A DNA stretch of 64,000 nt from assembly GCA_024278595.1 (NCBI GenBank), contig JAJRSW010000039.1, positions 12,594-76,593 of the forward strand, given 5' to 3'. A model generated the notes under the pieces. It had not been told where the DNA came from, made no database searches, and saw nothing but the letters and a program-made list of their open reading frames with translations. Positions 29,632-39,482 of the stretch are shown piece after piece. This DNA comes from Fidelibacterota bacterium. GTDB taxonomy: Bacteria; Fidelibacterota; UBA8477; JABMPR01. Position 1 is the stretch's first letter, and every line of letters begins with the position of its first letter. Both the position numbers and the translations under genes were made by a program.

Positions 29632-29655
29632 GGACATTGCATGCAACGTCCCTAC
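29628..29655. repeat. 28-bp GTAG-type REP palindrome
   Basis: gtagggacattgca|tgcaacgtccctac; overlaps the DUF1858 stop codon. Confidence 0.8.
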
Positions 29656-29751
29656 TTGTAAAAAGAACCGGTTTGTTAATCCAACACAGACTACCCATAT
29701 TGTTGGCTGTGTTAATTGTTCATACCGCAAAACACTATAAAGGTAAACCAA

Positions 29752-30174
29752 ATGTCTGATGTTAAAATAAAACAACTCAAGGGCGCCACTTTTGCTGCCA
29801 TAGGTCCATCCAACCATTGGGTGACGATGGACGGAACAGCGAAGGTCGGAGGTGTAGATGGAGCCAGCCGACCCATGGAAATGCTATTGTTCGGTTTGGG
29901 AGGCTGTACCGCAGTCGATGTGGAAGTCATCCTGAAAAAAATGAAAGTCCCGGTGGAAAATATTGAGATCGATATTGCTACGGAACGGGCTGATGATCAT
30001 CCTAAAGTTTACACCAAGATCAGTATGGTCTATCACTTTTATGGTAAGGACCTGAATCTCAAAAAACTGGAGCAGGCGGTTAAGCTCTCTAAGGATACGT
30101 ATTGTTCCGCCAGTGCTATGTTGGGGAAAACTGCCGAGATCACTGCAATTATAGAGAACCATAATACTGCATGA
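29752..30174 (+). CDS. OsmC/YhfA family protein
   Basis: RPMEMLLFGLGGCT...YCSAS. Confidence 0.9.
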   Translation: MSDVKIKQLKGATFAAIGPSNHWVTMDGTAKVGGVDGASRPMEMLLFGLGGCTAVDVEVILKKMKVPVENIEIDIATERADDHPKVYTKISMVYHFYGKDLNLKKLEQAVKLSKDTYCSASAMLGKTAEITAIIENHNTA

Positions 30175-30566
30175 TCTATCGCCTGGTCGCATATTCCCTT
30201 ATCCTATTGGGGATTGGTGGAACTATCTATATTGGTGTTGAAGGAATTTATGGGGATGACTATGATACCCCATCAATGAGGATTGAGTCAGCCAGCCGAC
30301 AACTTGGTGATTCCAGTTCAATTATCTTAGTTGATGTGAGAACAAAAACAGAAATAATGGCTGATCCAGCCCCCTGGGACAATACTATCCAAATACCGCT
30401 GCTTGCTCTGGAAGAACGATGTCTGGAACTGACAGTGTACAAGGATCGACCGCTGTTGTTGCTGTGCCCCACAGGAAATCGTTCCCGGGAAGGGGCCCGG
30501 ATTCTGAGACAGGCTGGGTTTGAAGCATTTTACCTGGAACATGGGATGCGTGGTGTCAATGATTAG
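30171..30566 (+). CDS. Membrane-anchored rhodanese-like protein
   Basis: LVDVRT, CPTGNRS active-site loop, N-terminal TM. Confidence 0.85.
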   Translation: MIYRLVAYSLILLGIGGTIYIGVEGIYGDDYDTPSMRIESASRQLGDSSSIILVDVRTKTEIMADPAPWDNTIQIPLLALEERCLELTVYKDRPLLLLCPTGNRSREGARILRQAGFEAFYLEHGMRGVND

Positions 30567-30645
30567 CCACTGGGACAATAAGTTGCCAAGTTGTATAAAA
30601 GGATTTAAGCACAAAGTGAATCGTGGCTGGCAAGAAGGATCAATC

Positions 30646-30867
30646 ATGAATAAAAAATATATAAAAATGTTATCAGGTTTAGGAGTAGGAGCAGTCCTTG
30701 GTTTTGCATACTACTATTATATTGGCTGCGCTTCAGGTACTTGCGCGATCACATCGAATCCGTATATCAGTACTGCCTATGGAGCAATGATCGGACTGGT
30801 ATTTATCTGGCCAGGCAAAGAAAAGAATTCAGGGAGCAAGGCAAGTGATGTTGAAAAAGCGAATTAG
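30646..30867 (+). CDS. DUF6132 small membrane protein
   Basis: GFAYYYYIGCASGTCAITSNP motif. Confidence 0.8.
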   Translation: MNKKYIKMLSGLGVGAVLGFAYYYYIGCASGTCAITSNPYISTAYGAMIGLVFIWPGKEKNSGSKASDVEKAN

Positions 30868-31558
30868 AGATTTAATAGTTTTACTGTCAATTGTCCCAGC
30901 TTTATTGTTAGCTCAAACCAATAACTTCGAATTTATCCAGTATGATCTGGATACAATTCACAGCGAAGATTTTGTGGTTCTTCATGGGGATATTTTCAAT
31001 TTAATTGATAATGACTATGATCTATCAGTAACTCGGGTCACGCATTATATTCCGGCGGCCTGGAGTACCTCATTTTGTGTCGGTCCGGCTTGTTTACCAC
31101 CATTTCTGGATACCTTCACCTTTACGTTAGCCGCTGGAGACACAGCACTGTTCAGCCTGGATACCTACCCCAATGGAGAGCTTGGTATGGGCTCCTGGAC
31201 CATGTATGCCGTTGATTCCCTGACCATGGAGATTGATTCGGTTCAGATCACCCTTGAGGTCGTTGCTGTGGGTATCGATAGAGTCGTGAACCTACCGAAG
31301 GCTTTTGAGCTTGGCAATATTTATCCCAATCCAACCAATGCTTGGATCAATTTTGATCTGGATGTAGAAAAGTCTGGTCAGTATTCGATTGTTCTTTACG
31401 CACTTGATGGACGCGAGATCACCTCCCGTAGCTATGACCTGCGGTCTGGTAAGAACCTTCTGCAATGGGGGATGGGTGCCTTAGCCTCAGGAAATTATAT
31501 CATATCAGCTACCAACGAGGGTCGAACTGTCTCCCGACAAGTGAGCGTGATAAAATGA
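30848..31558 (+). CDS. Secreted protein with T9SS-type C-terminal sorting domain
   Basis: Signal peptide, W.TSFCVG.AC, IYPNPTN...GNY CTD. Confidence 0.7.
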   Translation: MLKKRIRDLIVLLSIVPALLLAQTNNFEFIQYDLDTIHSEDFVVLHGDIFNLIDNDYDLSVTRVTHYIPAAWSTSFCVGPACLPPFLDTFTFTLAAGDTALFSLDTYPNGELGMGSWTMYAVDSLTMEIDSVQITLEVVAVGIDRVVNLPKAFELGNIYPNPTNAWINFDLDVEKSGQYSIVLYALDGREITSRSYDLRSGKNLLQWGMGALASGNYIISATNEGRTVSRQVSVIK

Positions 31559-32046
31559 TACGGATCCTGCCAATCCTGCTGATTGTGGCCTTTGCATTTG
31601 GTCAGGAAAAAAGTCTGCCCCAGGTCAAACTAAAAGACCTTAAAAATAAGACCCATAGTCTGGAAAAGATCCTGGATGGTAAATTGACCCTGCTCAATTT
31701 TTGGGCGACCTACTGTGTCCCCTGCCGTAAGGAAATGAAACATCTCAATCGTATCAGTAAAACCTATGCCGCACAAAATGTACAGGTTGTGGGCATCTCC
31801 ATTGATGATTCACGGACGGTTGGTCGGGTTAAAACAATGGTCAAATCACAAAAACTGGCTTATACTATCTTATTGGATACTGATCAGAAACTCTATAAAA
31901 ATTTCAATACCTCAGCCATGCCTTTTTCTGTTCTGGTGAATCCAGCGGGTCAGATCGTCTGGCAACACACGGGTTATATCCCAGGTGATGAATCCAAAAT
32001 GGAAGCAGAGATAAAAAAGGCGCTAACTTCCCAGAAAAACGATTGA
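31555..32046 (+). CDS. TlpA-like exported thiol-disulfide oxidoreductase
   Basis: NFWATYCVPCRKE; signal peptide. Confidence 0.9.
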   Translation: MIRILPILLIVAFAFGQEKSLPQVKLKDLKNKTHSLEKILDGKLTLLNFWATYCVPCRKEMKHLNRISKTYAAQNVQVVGISIDDSRTVGRVKTMVKSQKLAYTILLDTDQKLYKNFNTSAMPFSVLVNPAGQIVWQHTGYIPGDESKMEAEIKKALTSQKND

Positions 32047-32055
32047 TCCAACTCA

Positions 32056-33765
32056 TTGTTGACCAACTGGCGTTTAATTCTGATACTTAGCCTCCCACTT
32101 GGCCTATGGGCTGAAGGGGTGACCTGGAATATTGGCCTAATATCTAATATCGGTCAGGGAGAACAGGTCGGTCTGAATTATGATTATCTGGAAAACTTCC
32201 TGGATGGATCCCTGAAATCAGGTCCCTGGTATCTGGATCTCAGATTTGAATATAGTGATCCACCGGAGTATGGCCGAGTGGCTTTTGGTCTTAACCGAGG
32301 CCGGTTACAATATTCCAGTGAAAACTGGTCACTCGAGGTTGGTGATATTGCCGCTGTTTTTGGTCGTGGTATTTCTCTGAATCTATATGAAGACCAAAGT
32401 ATTGATTTCGATAATCAAATTAGAGGGCTTCGGCTGACCACAACCCTGTTTGATGAGCATGAGCTTGATTTCCTGGTGGGAAGCAATTCGGATTTTCAGT
32501 TTTATTCACCCAGCTCAGACCTGCGTGAGCCGGATGGTGAGGCAGCTTTTGAATTGTCCGGAGTGGAGGCCACTTTTAATGCCCCTAGTGGAAATTGGTA
32601 TCTGGCACCCTACCTTATTGGGAGTCGATTACAATCCAATTATAGCTGGCCTGGTATTGACCCAGCTATTGGCGGAATTGCTATTGATACGGTAACCCAA
32701 ACCATGCACACGCTCCAGGGTGGCTGGAGCCAGTCATTGTACCGGGATTCATGGGATATCTTTCTGGAATACAACCTGACCCGTAAGATCTTCGATTACC
32801 CACTGGTCTCTCAGACCATAATCCAGACTGAAGATGATCTGATCCTGCAGAATGATTCCCGCGACTACGAGTCTTCAGGTCAGGCTCTGAACATACAGAT
32901 CAACTGGTTCCCAGAGTGGTTTACTGCAATGTTCGAATACAAGAGGTATCTGAATGGACCAGAATTGTTTGGGAATAAACGAAATCCCCTACTCCTGGCG
33001 ACCAAACCACTGCCCTGGCAACTGGGGCCCACCGGTATCCGACAGCATGACATAAGTCTGCTTGGCAATGTTACCCACCCCGTTGACTACGGCGATGAGT
33101 TGGGCTGGAATATGGAATTGCGTTATGCTATTGCCTCTGAATGGGCTGTGATCTTTAATGCTACCCAAGCCTCCCAAACAAGAGATAGTCGAGATCTGGA
33201 CCAGACTGCCGGAATTTGGCCAAAACAAGACATCACCCGTAACCCCTGGCAGGAGTATTTTATTGAGATCGAATTCTCAGGTGAGACCCTCTCCCAACGG
33301 ATGTTTATCGCTTATACCCAATCGGTTCTCAGTGGATACTCTGCCGCCGAGATCACAGAGCATTATACCCTCGTTCCTGCTTATTTGTCCTGGTACCCCC
33401 GAGATGATCTGGTGTTCTCGACAGTCCTGGAGCTTCAGCGATCTAAAGTACGCGGAGCGGAATATGCCGGGTCAACCATTGCAGGTCATGAGTTCCTGAG
33501 TGCCCATACCATCGGGAGTATTGATCTGAAGCATAAATATTCAGCCTCGCTTATCTGGGATAGTAGTGATGACCCCAATCTTAACAGTGGAATTCATGAA
33601 ATCCAGCACTGGCTCAGTGGCGAATTATCGCTTAAGCCAATTGATGGACTCTGGATCCGAGCCTCCTATGGGAAAGAAAAAGGCGGTGTTCGCTGTACGG
33701 GGGGCGTTTGTAGAGTTATTAATCCCTTCCAGGGTGTCCGCATGAGTCTGGAGTGGCGGTTATGA
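32056..33765 (+). CDS. DUF6029-like outer-membrane protein
   Basis: FGRGISL..YED motif; C-terminal GGVRCTGGVCR...F.G. Confidence 0.75.
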   Translation: MLTNWRLILILSLPLGLWAEGVTWNIGLISNIGQGEQVGLNYDYLENFLDGSLKSGPWYLDLRFEYSDPPEYGRVAFGLNRGRLQYSSENWSLEVGDIAAVFGRGISLNLYEDQSIDFDNQIRGLRLTTTLFDEHELDFLVGSNSDFQFYSPSSDLREPDGEAAFELSGVEATFNAPSGNWYLAPYLIGSRLQSNYSWPGIDPAIGGIAIDTVTQTMHTLQGGWSQSLYRDSWDIFLEYNLTRKIFDYPLVSQTIIQTEDDLILQNDSRDYESSGQALNIQINWFPEWFTAMFEYKRYLNGPELFGNKRNPLLLATKPLPWQLGPTGIRQHDISLLGNVTHPVDYGDELGWNMELRYAIASEWAVIFNATQASQTRDSRDLDQTAGIWPKQDITRNPWQEYFIEIEFSGETLSQRMFIAYTQSVLSGYSAAEITEHYTLVPAYLSWYPRDDLVFSTVLELQRSKVRGAEYAGSTIAGHEFLSAHTIGSIDLKHKYSASLIWDSSDDPNLNSGIHEIQHWLSGELSLKPIDGLWIRASYGKEKGGVRCTGGVCRVINPFQGVRMSLEWRL

Positions 33766-35042
33766 GAAAAATAGTGTACCTCTTAATGATATTAGCTGTC
33801 TTCTGGTCTTGTGATTGGGGACCTGAGAGGATTGATGTTGATGGTGAAACTAAATTCCAGGCCATTAACTTAGCCCAGGGCGATACACTTGATATGTTCA
33901 TCACGGGTCATGACGTTGTTATCGAAGGAGTGACTACTCCAAATGTTGTTACCGCTGAGATATTGTCATCTTTCAGTATTAGGTTGATCGGGGAAAACAT
34001 TGGAGAAACTCAGCTTATAGTAAAGTATCTCCTCAATGTGGTTGGGGGGCCAAAGGCAACGGGTATCGCTTACTGGATCATTTCAGTCACAGATGGCATT
34101 CCGCTACAGCTAACCTTGGGTGAAGCAAAAACTGTTCAACTGGCTGACTACCTAAGCGCCGAACAATTTGACCGAATCGACTCAATTTCGGTCCTGCTAC
34201 CTGATAGTTTAGCTGAGGGAGATATGGACGTTCAAATAGCTGGTAGTACAGTCAGTCTCCAGAGCAATTTACCTGGAGTTAAGCGGGTGGAGATCCTCGC
34301 CCTGGATCGCCTGGGGGTACAGATAATCCCGTTGTTATTTGAGACTCAGACCAGCATCTGGAAAAGAGTATTAGGGGAATTATTTACAAATGCAGGTTGT
34401 GTGAACTGCCCAGTAGCCAACGAAAATTTTGATCATCTCTACGAGGAATATCCTGAAAATTTCACAGCTATTCGTTATCATGTATTCTGGACAGACCCCA
34501 ACGACCCCATGAATTTGTACAATCCCACGGAAGTGGAGGATCGGCGCTTATTTTATGGAGGGTCTTATGAAGCGCCTAGACTGCTTATGGAAGGTGTCCC
34601 AACAGCAGATTATGAAAACCTGGATGCTTTAAAAATATTTGTGAATCTGGCGCTTGATTCAGGATCTGATGTGCACATTTGGAAACCAGCATTTAACAGC
34701 ACGGGGGATAGTCTGTTTGTCGATTATCGGATCCAAAATTTTGGGGCAGCCCTGGATAACTTGATCTGCTGGACCGTTTTAACAGAAAACAGCATCTACT
34801 ATGCTGGAACCAATGGTGAGACCATCCACATGCAGGTCATGCGTGATATGACTGCGACTGAGATAGCTGAATTGGATGGTGTGCTTACTGTTCAACAAGG
34901 CTTAAAGCTGGCCCCTGAGTATGCAGCTTCCGCGGCGTTTCATCTCGTGATATTTTTACAGGATCTGCACACCAAAGAAATATTACAAACCATTGATCAT
35001 ACCATTTTAGAATTATCAGCCTCGGGCTCTGAAAATCCCTGA
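33762..35042 (+). CDS. Omp28-related lipoprotein with thioredoxin-like CxxC domain
   Basis: Lipobox WSC; ELFTNAGCVNCP, AIRYH, H.QVMR. Confidence 0.8.
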   Translation: MRKIVYLLMILAVFWSCDWGPERIDVDGETKFQAINLAQGDTLDMFITGHDVVIEGVTTPNVVTAEILSSFSIRLIGENIGETQLIVKYLLNVVGGPKATGIAYWIISVTDGIPLQLTLGEAKTVQLADYLSAEQFDRIDSISVLLPDSLAEGDMDVQIAGSTVSLQSNLPGVKRVEILALDRLGVQIIPLLFETQTSIWKRVLGELFTNAGCVNCPVANENFDHLYEEYPENFTAIRYHVFWTDPNDPMNLYNPTEVEDRRLFYGGSYEAPRLLMEGVPTADYENLDALKIFVNLALDSGSDVHIWKPAFNSTGDSLFVDYRIQNFGAALDNLICWTVLTENSIYYAGTNGETIHMQVMRDMTATEIAELDGVLTVQQGLKLAPEYAASAAFHLVIFLQDLHTKEILQTIDHTILELSASGSENP

Positions 35043-35047
35043 GTACT

Positions 35048-35491
35048 ATGGCTGAGCTCCATCCATTTCTAGTTCACTTCCCCATAGCCTTGATCCTGGT
35101 TGCCTTTCTATTTGATCTGTACGGAGTGGCCAGGAGTCATTTGAACAGCACCTGGACGGCATTTACCCTGCAAATAATGGCTGCACTTTCGGCACTTCTG
35201 GCTGCTTTTAGCGGAAATCTCGCTGAATCATCCCCGGCTATGCAGGAAGTTCTGGTCCAGGGCGTGGCTGATTCTCTGGAAGCCCATATTTCCATGGGAA
35301 ATACCATTGTCTGGATCGTTGTGCTCGTTGTATTGGGGCGGACATTTGCGCTACTGGAAAAGAAAAAATGGGCAACTGGTGGTTGGTTATTCCCCACACT
35401 TAGTCTGGCTTTGGCCATCCTGGTAATCTACACCGGTTTATTAGGTGGTGCCTTGAGTCAGGATATTCTACAATATTTCATAGAACATTAA
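35048..35491 (+). CDS. DUF2231 membrane protein
   Basis: LHPFLVHFPIAL motif, four TM segments, TG..GG.L. Confidence 0.8.
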   Translation: MAELHPFLVHFPIALILVAFLFDLYGVARSHLNSTWTAFTLQIMAALSALLAAFSGNLAESSPAMQEVLVQGVADSLEAHISMGNTIVWIVVLVVLGRTFALLEKKKWATGGWLFPTLSLALAILVIYTGLLGGALSQDILQYFIEH

Positions 35492-35592
35492 TCTGATACT
35501 TGCGGTCCTCTACCCGGAGGTTGAGTTCACCGAAGCCATGCTGGTGTTGTGGTAAGGGGTGGACATTTGGGCCAGGCACAAGTCCAGGCAGG

Positions 35593-35630
35593 ATAATAAT
35601 AGCGAGGATTTAAATCCTCGCTATTATTAT
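35593..35630. terminator. Perfect 38-bp palindrome between convergent genes (likely bidirectional terminator)
   Basis: ataataatagcgaggattt|aaatcctcgctattattat. Confidence 0.7.
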
Positions 35631-35659
35631 GGAAAAACCCGTGGCACTGCCCAAACAAA

Positions 35660-36673
35660 TTAACGCTTGACGAATTGCTTGCCATTCATAGTGGCCAGAA
35701 ATGATGCGATCTTGGCTGCTTCTGCTTCTGTGATCTGCATCATGAGTTGCATATCACCCATCATAATAATGGTTTCTTCAAGGCTGGCGACGCCACCATC
35801 ATGAAAATAGGGGCCGGTCAGGGCAACATTCCTCATGGAGGGCACCTTGAACATAAATTTGTCCTGCTCCAAACCGGTTGCTTCAAAACGTCCCTCATCA
35901 GTAAGATCTTTATAAGGTTTGATGAGACCGTTCTTCTGGTACATACTGCCACCTAGCATGGACCCCATGTGACAGGTGATACAGGCCTTGCCCATAAAGA
36001 GTTCAAGACCTTCAACTTCGGTTATATTCATGGCTTTAAGATCGCCCCCTAGAAAGTCGTCAAAACGGTCATGGGTAATCAGGGTACGTTCAAAAGCTGC
36101 TATTGCTTCGGTAATATTTTCGTAGTCAATGGCATCCTTTCCAAAGGCGGCAGTGAACATCGGATCGTATTCAGGAATGGCTTTGATCTTAGCAACTGCC
36201 GTAGCTGAATCCGGGATGGCCATTTCCGCAGGGTTTAAGATCGGACCACCCGCCTGCTCGTTCAGGTCTGCTGCACGACCATCCCAAAACTGAACAAAAT
36301 GAAATCCGGCGTTAAAGACTGTGGGAGAATTTCTGGCTCCCGGGATCCCGTTGGTACCTTCTGAAGTTGGTTTATTATCAACACCAGCGGTGCTAAGATC
36401 ATGACAGGTGTTGCAGGACATATCGTCTGTATTTGAGAGTGCGGTCTCTAAATAGAGCTTTTTCCCTAATTCGATAAGGGCTGGTGTGTCATGCTCTGAT
36501 CCTGGCATTTTAGCTGGTATAACTGCAAACATGGGTTTGGCCTGGTCCAGGATACCTTGTTGGTAGCTTAGGTCTTCTTTTGGTTCTGCTTTAGGTGCTT
36601 CTGCTTTGCCACCGCAGTGGACAACGAAAGCCATCATCATTACAGACAAGGTCAGGATCATTATTTTTTTCAT
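35660..36673 (-). CDS. ccp: Di-heme cytochrome c peroxidase (lipoprotein)
   Basis: CNTCH and CITCH heme motifs, RNSPTVFN, QFWDGRA, FKVPSMRNV, YFHDG. Confidence 0.93.
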   Translation of the reverse strand: MKKIMILTLSVMMMAFVVHCGGKAEAPKAEPKEDLSYQQGILDQAKPMFAVIPAKMPGSEHDTPALIELGKKLYLETALSNTDDMSCNTCHDLSTAGVDNKPTSEGTNGIPGARNSPTVFNAGFHFVQFWDGRAADLNEQAGGPILNPAEMAIPDSATAVAKIKAIPEYDPMFTAAFGKDAIDYENITEAIAAFERTLITHDRFDDFLGGDLKAMNITEVEGLELFMGKACITCHMGSMLGGSMYQKNGLIKPYKDLTDEGRFEATGLEQDKFMFKVPSMRNVALTGPYFHDGGVASLEETIIMMGDMQLMMQITEAEAAKIASFLATMNGKQFVKR

Positions 36674-36860
36674 TGAGATTTCCCCTCTAGTTGTGTTAAA
36701 GTCATATAATGCTAAAGCACAAGAAGTTATTTACACAACTAGGAAAAGCTTGAAAAAAATTACTGGGTCAGGGCACTGATTCTATGATCATTGACATGGG
36801 CACGGATTGTCATCCCGCAGACAGAATACAGTTAATTCCACTGTAGCTACAAACCTCCAC

Positions 36861-36910
36861 TTGCACTTGCTTCAGCGGGTTCTATATTACATACCGACCA
36901 GTCGGTATGT
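36861..36910 (+). promoter_or_regulatory. Sigma70-like promoter with overlapping TetR operator
   Basis: TTGCAC-N16-TATATT, then perfect inverted repeat acataccgac-ca-gtcggtatgt (36889-36910). Confidence 0.7.
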
Positions 36911-36938
36911 TGAGGATAATGTGATAGAAGGCCCTGAA

Positions 36939-37535
36939 ATGACAGAAAGAAGACCGAGCTCCGAACGCAGAACAGAAATACTTGAAGCAGCGCTGACCAT
37001 TTTTGTGAAAAAAGGCTACTCAGATACTCGGATGGAGGACATTGTCCAGGAGATCGGGCTGAGCAAAGGAGCTCTCTATCATCATTTCCAAAGTAAGCGA
37101 GATTTGTTTATAGCCTTGATCGAACAATGGATGGATCAGTTTGCAGCTATCGAAAGATCTGATGGTTTACGGGCAAAACCATCAGCAGATATCATAAAAA
37201 AAATTAGCAGATTTACAGCCAAGATCTTTCAACGCAATCCGAACTGGTTCCTGGTAGAGCCGGAGATCTGGGCTTTCGCTAATCGTGATATGGAAATCAG
37301 GGAACTCTCAAATAAGCTCTATAACAGGGTCCTGACAGTGTTTGAGACATTGGTGGACAGAGGCATAGAATATGGTGAGTTTAAGCAGGTCAACTCCCGC
37401 ATGATAGCACTGTCGATCATGACCTCACTCCATGGTATGATCTGGTTTGTCCTCTTCCAGCCTGAGGATTTTTCGTTAGAAGAATACGTTGACCTCAATA
37501 TGGAATTTATCCTGAACGGTATTACCAAGAAATAG
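36939..37535 (+). CDS. TetR/AcrR family regulator
   Basis: ILEAALTIF..KGY..T.MEDI...GLSKGALYHHF.SK. Confidence 0.95.
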   Translation: MTERRPSSERRTEILEAALTIFVKKGYSDTRMEDIVQEIGLSKGALYHHFQSKRDLFIALIEQWMDQFAAIERSDGLRAKPSADIIKKISRFTAKIFQRNPNWFLVEPEIWAFANRDMEIRELSNKLYNRVLTVFETLVDRGIEYGEFKQVNSRMIALSIMTSLHGMIWFVLFQPEDFSLEEYVDLNMEFILNGITKK

Positions 37536-37670
37536 CAGTAACCGCAGGGTGCGGGGAGAGCTCACAATGTTTTTAAACCTAACCGGGCATCACTCAATTA
37601 TGTGAGTATGTGATTGTGAACTAAGTACTCTGCAAGGTGGCTGGAAATTATACAAAAAAAGGAGAATGAA

Positions 37671-39443
37671 ATGAAAAAGGGTGGCGCATTCTTAACCACA
37701 CCCTTCGGCGTAGATGAGATCTTCACCAGGGAAAAATGGACTGAGGATCAAAAAGAGTTCTTTGAAGCAATTCGAGACTTTGCCGCGGAAGCCATTGCTC
37801 CGCACGCGGAAGCTATTGAAAAGCTGGATGAAAAATTATCCCGGGATCTAATGAGACAAATGGGTGAGATGGGTGTCCTGGGCATGGACGTCCCCGAGCA
37901 GTATGGGGGTATTGGACTGGATAAAACTGCCGCTGCTCTCGCTTTGGAAGCAACCGCAGCTACGGAAAGCTCCTCATTGATGGTGACGATCACAGACCAC
38001 ACTGGAATTGGACTTTTACCAATCCTATGGTACGGGAATGATGAACAACGCGAGAAATACATTCCTAAAATGATGTCTGGAGAGTGGATGAGCTCCTTCG
38101 CCCTCACCGAGCCGGGTGCCGGGTCAGATGCTTTGAATGGAACCGCCTCAGCCGTACTTAATGAAGCGGGAACCCATTATCTCCTGAATGGTGTTAAACA
38201 ATTTGTCACCAACGGAGCCTGGGCTGATTTAGCGGTCGTTTTTTCCAAGGTCAATGGGGAAAAACTCACAGCATTTATTCTCGACCAAGAGACGACCGGT
38301 TGGGAGCGTGGACCCGAAGAGCATAAACTGGGCATCAAGGGTTCATCAACCACGACCTACATCTTAAAAGATTGTAAAGTACCTGTGGAAAATGTCATCG
38401 GTGAGGTGGGCAAGGGGGCCGCTGTTGCCTTCAATTGTCTCTACATCGGACGCTTAAAATTGGGTGCGGTTACCATGGGCGGCGCAAAGCAAACCTTAAA
38501 GTATGCCATCAAATATGCCAAAGAGCGACACCAGTTTGCCCAGCCACTGACCGCTTTTGGAATGATACAGCGCAAGTTTGCCGATATGGTCATTCGCTGT
38601 TATGAGTCGGATACGATCACCTATCAATCGACAGGCTCAATTGATACGGGCACGGAGCAGTTTTCAACCGATGATCCGGAATATTACAACCATCTCTATA
38701 CGGTCATAGAGGATCACGCCATTGAGAACAGTACCAACAAGATCTTTTCATCAGAAGCCCTGTGGATCAACGCCGATGATGGATTACAGATACTGGGTGG
38801 TTATGGTGTCTCAGAAGAATATCCCTTTGCTAGAATCCTACGGGATGAACGGGTGAACCGGATCTTTGAAGGCACCAATGAGATCAACAAAATGATTATT
38901 TCAGGGATTGTGATGAAAAAAGCGATCCTGGAGGAATTGCCCATCCGCGAGCAAATTCTTGAACTAGGTGAGAATTGGATGCCGACAGTGGCAATCCCGG
39001 ACGATCATCCAGATACCCAGGAGATCAAGGCTGTTGAGCTGGGACGTGGAATTATCCTGAAAACTTTACATGAATTGATCCTGAAATATGGACAGGATTT
39101 TAAAAACACTCAGTTTGAAATCGAAGCATTCGCCAATATGGTCATTGCCCAACAGGTGATCTTTAGCGTATTAAGACGTTACCTGCAATTGGATCAGACC
39201 TATGCGCGCCGGAGTACCGTGCGTTCTATTCTTAAGGTATCGGTGTTGCGCAATCTGGAAGTGATCGTTGCTAACGCGAAAAAGATTCTAAGACACATTC
39301 TGGATCAGGCAGATCGGGATAGTAAACTGAATCAGCTGGAGCTGGAACTTTCAGAACTGGCCTATCATGCTGATGTCATTAAAGAACAGGAAAATGTGTT
39401 TCAACTCTTACTCAAACGCGGTGAATATCCGCTTAATGATTAG
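37671..39443 (+). CDS. fadE: Acyl-CoA dehydrogenase
   Basis: FALTEPGAGSDA, KLGIKGSST, QILGGYG, RIFEGTNEI. Confidence 0.93.
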   Translation: MKKGGAFLTTPFGVDEIFTREKWTEDQKEFFEAIRDFAAEAIAPHAEAIEKLDEKLSRDLMRQMGEMGVLGMDVPEQYGGIGLDKTAAALALEATAATESSSLMVTITDHTGIGLLPILWYGNDEQREKYIPKMMSGEWMSSFALTEPGAGSDALNGTASAVLNEAGTHYLLNGVKQFVTNGAWADLAVVFSKVNGEKLTAFILDQETTGWERGPEEHKLGIKGSSTTTYILKDCKVPVENVIGEVGKGAAVAFNCLYIGRLKLGAVTMGGAKQTLKYAIKYAKERHQFAQPLTAFGMIQRKFADMVIRCYESDTITYQSTGSIDTGTEQFSTDDPEYYNHLYTVIEDHAIENSTNKIFSSEALWINADDGLQILGGYGVSEEYPFARILRDERVNRIFEGTNEINKMIISGIVMKKAILEELPIREQILELGENWMPTVAIPDDHPDTQEIKAVELGRGIILKTLHELILKYGQDFKNTQFEIEAFANMVIAQQVIFSVLRRYLQLDQTYARRSTVRSILKVSVLRNLEVIVANAKKILRHILDQADRDSKLNQLELELSELAYHADVIKEQENVFQLLLKRGEYPLND

Positions 39444-39482
39444 AGTCGCTAAACGAGTATTAAGGACTAAGGAGATTATAAA

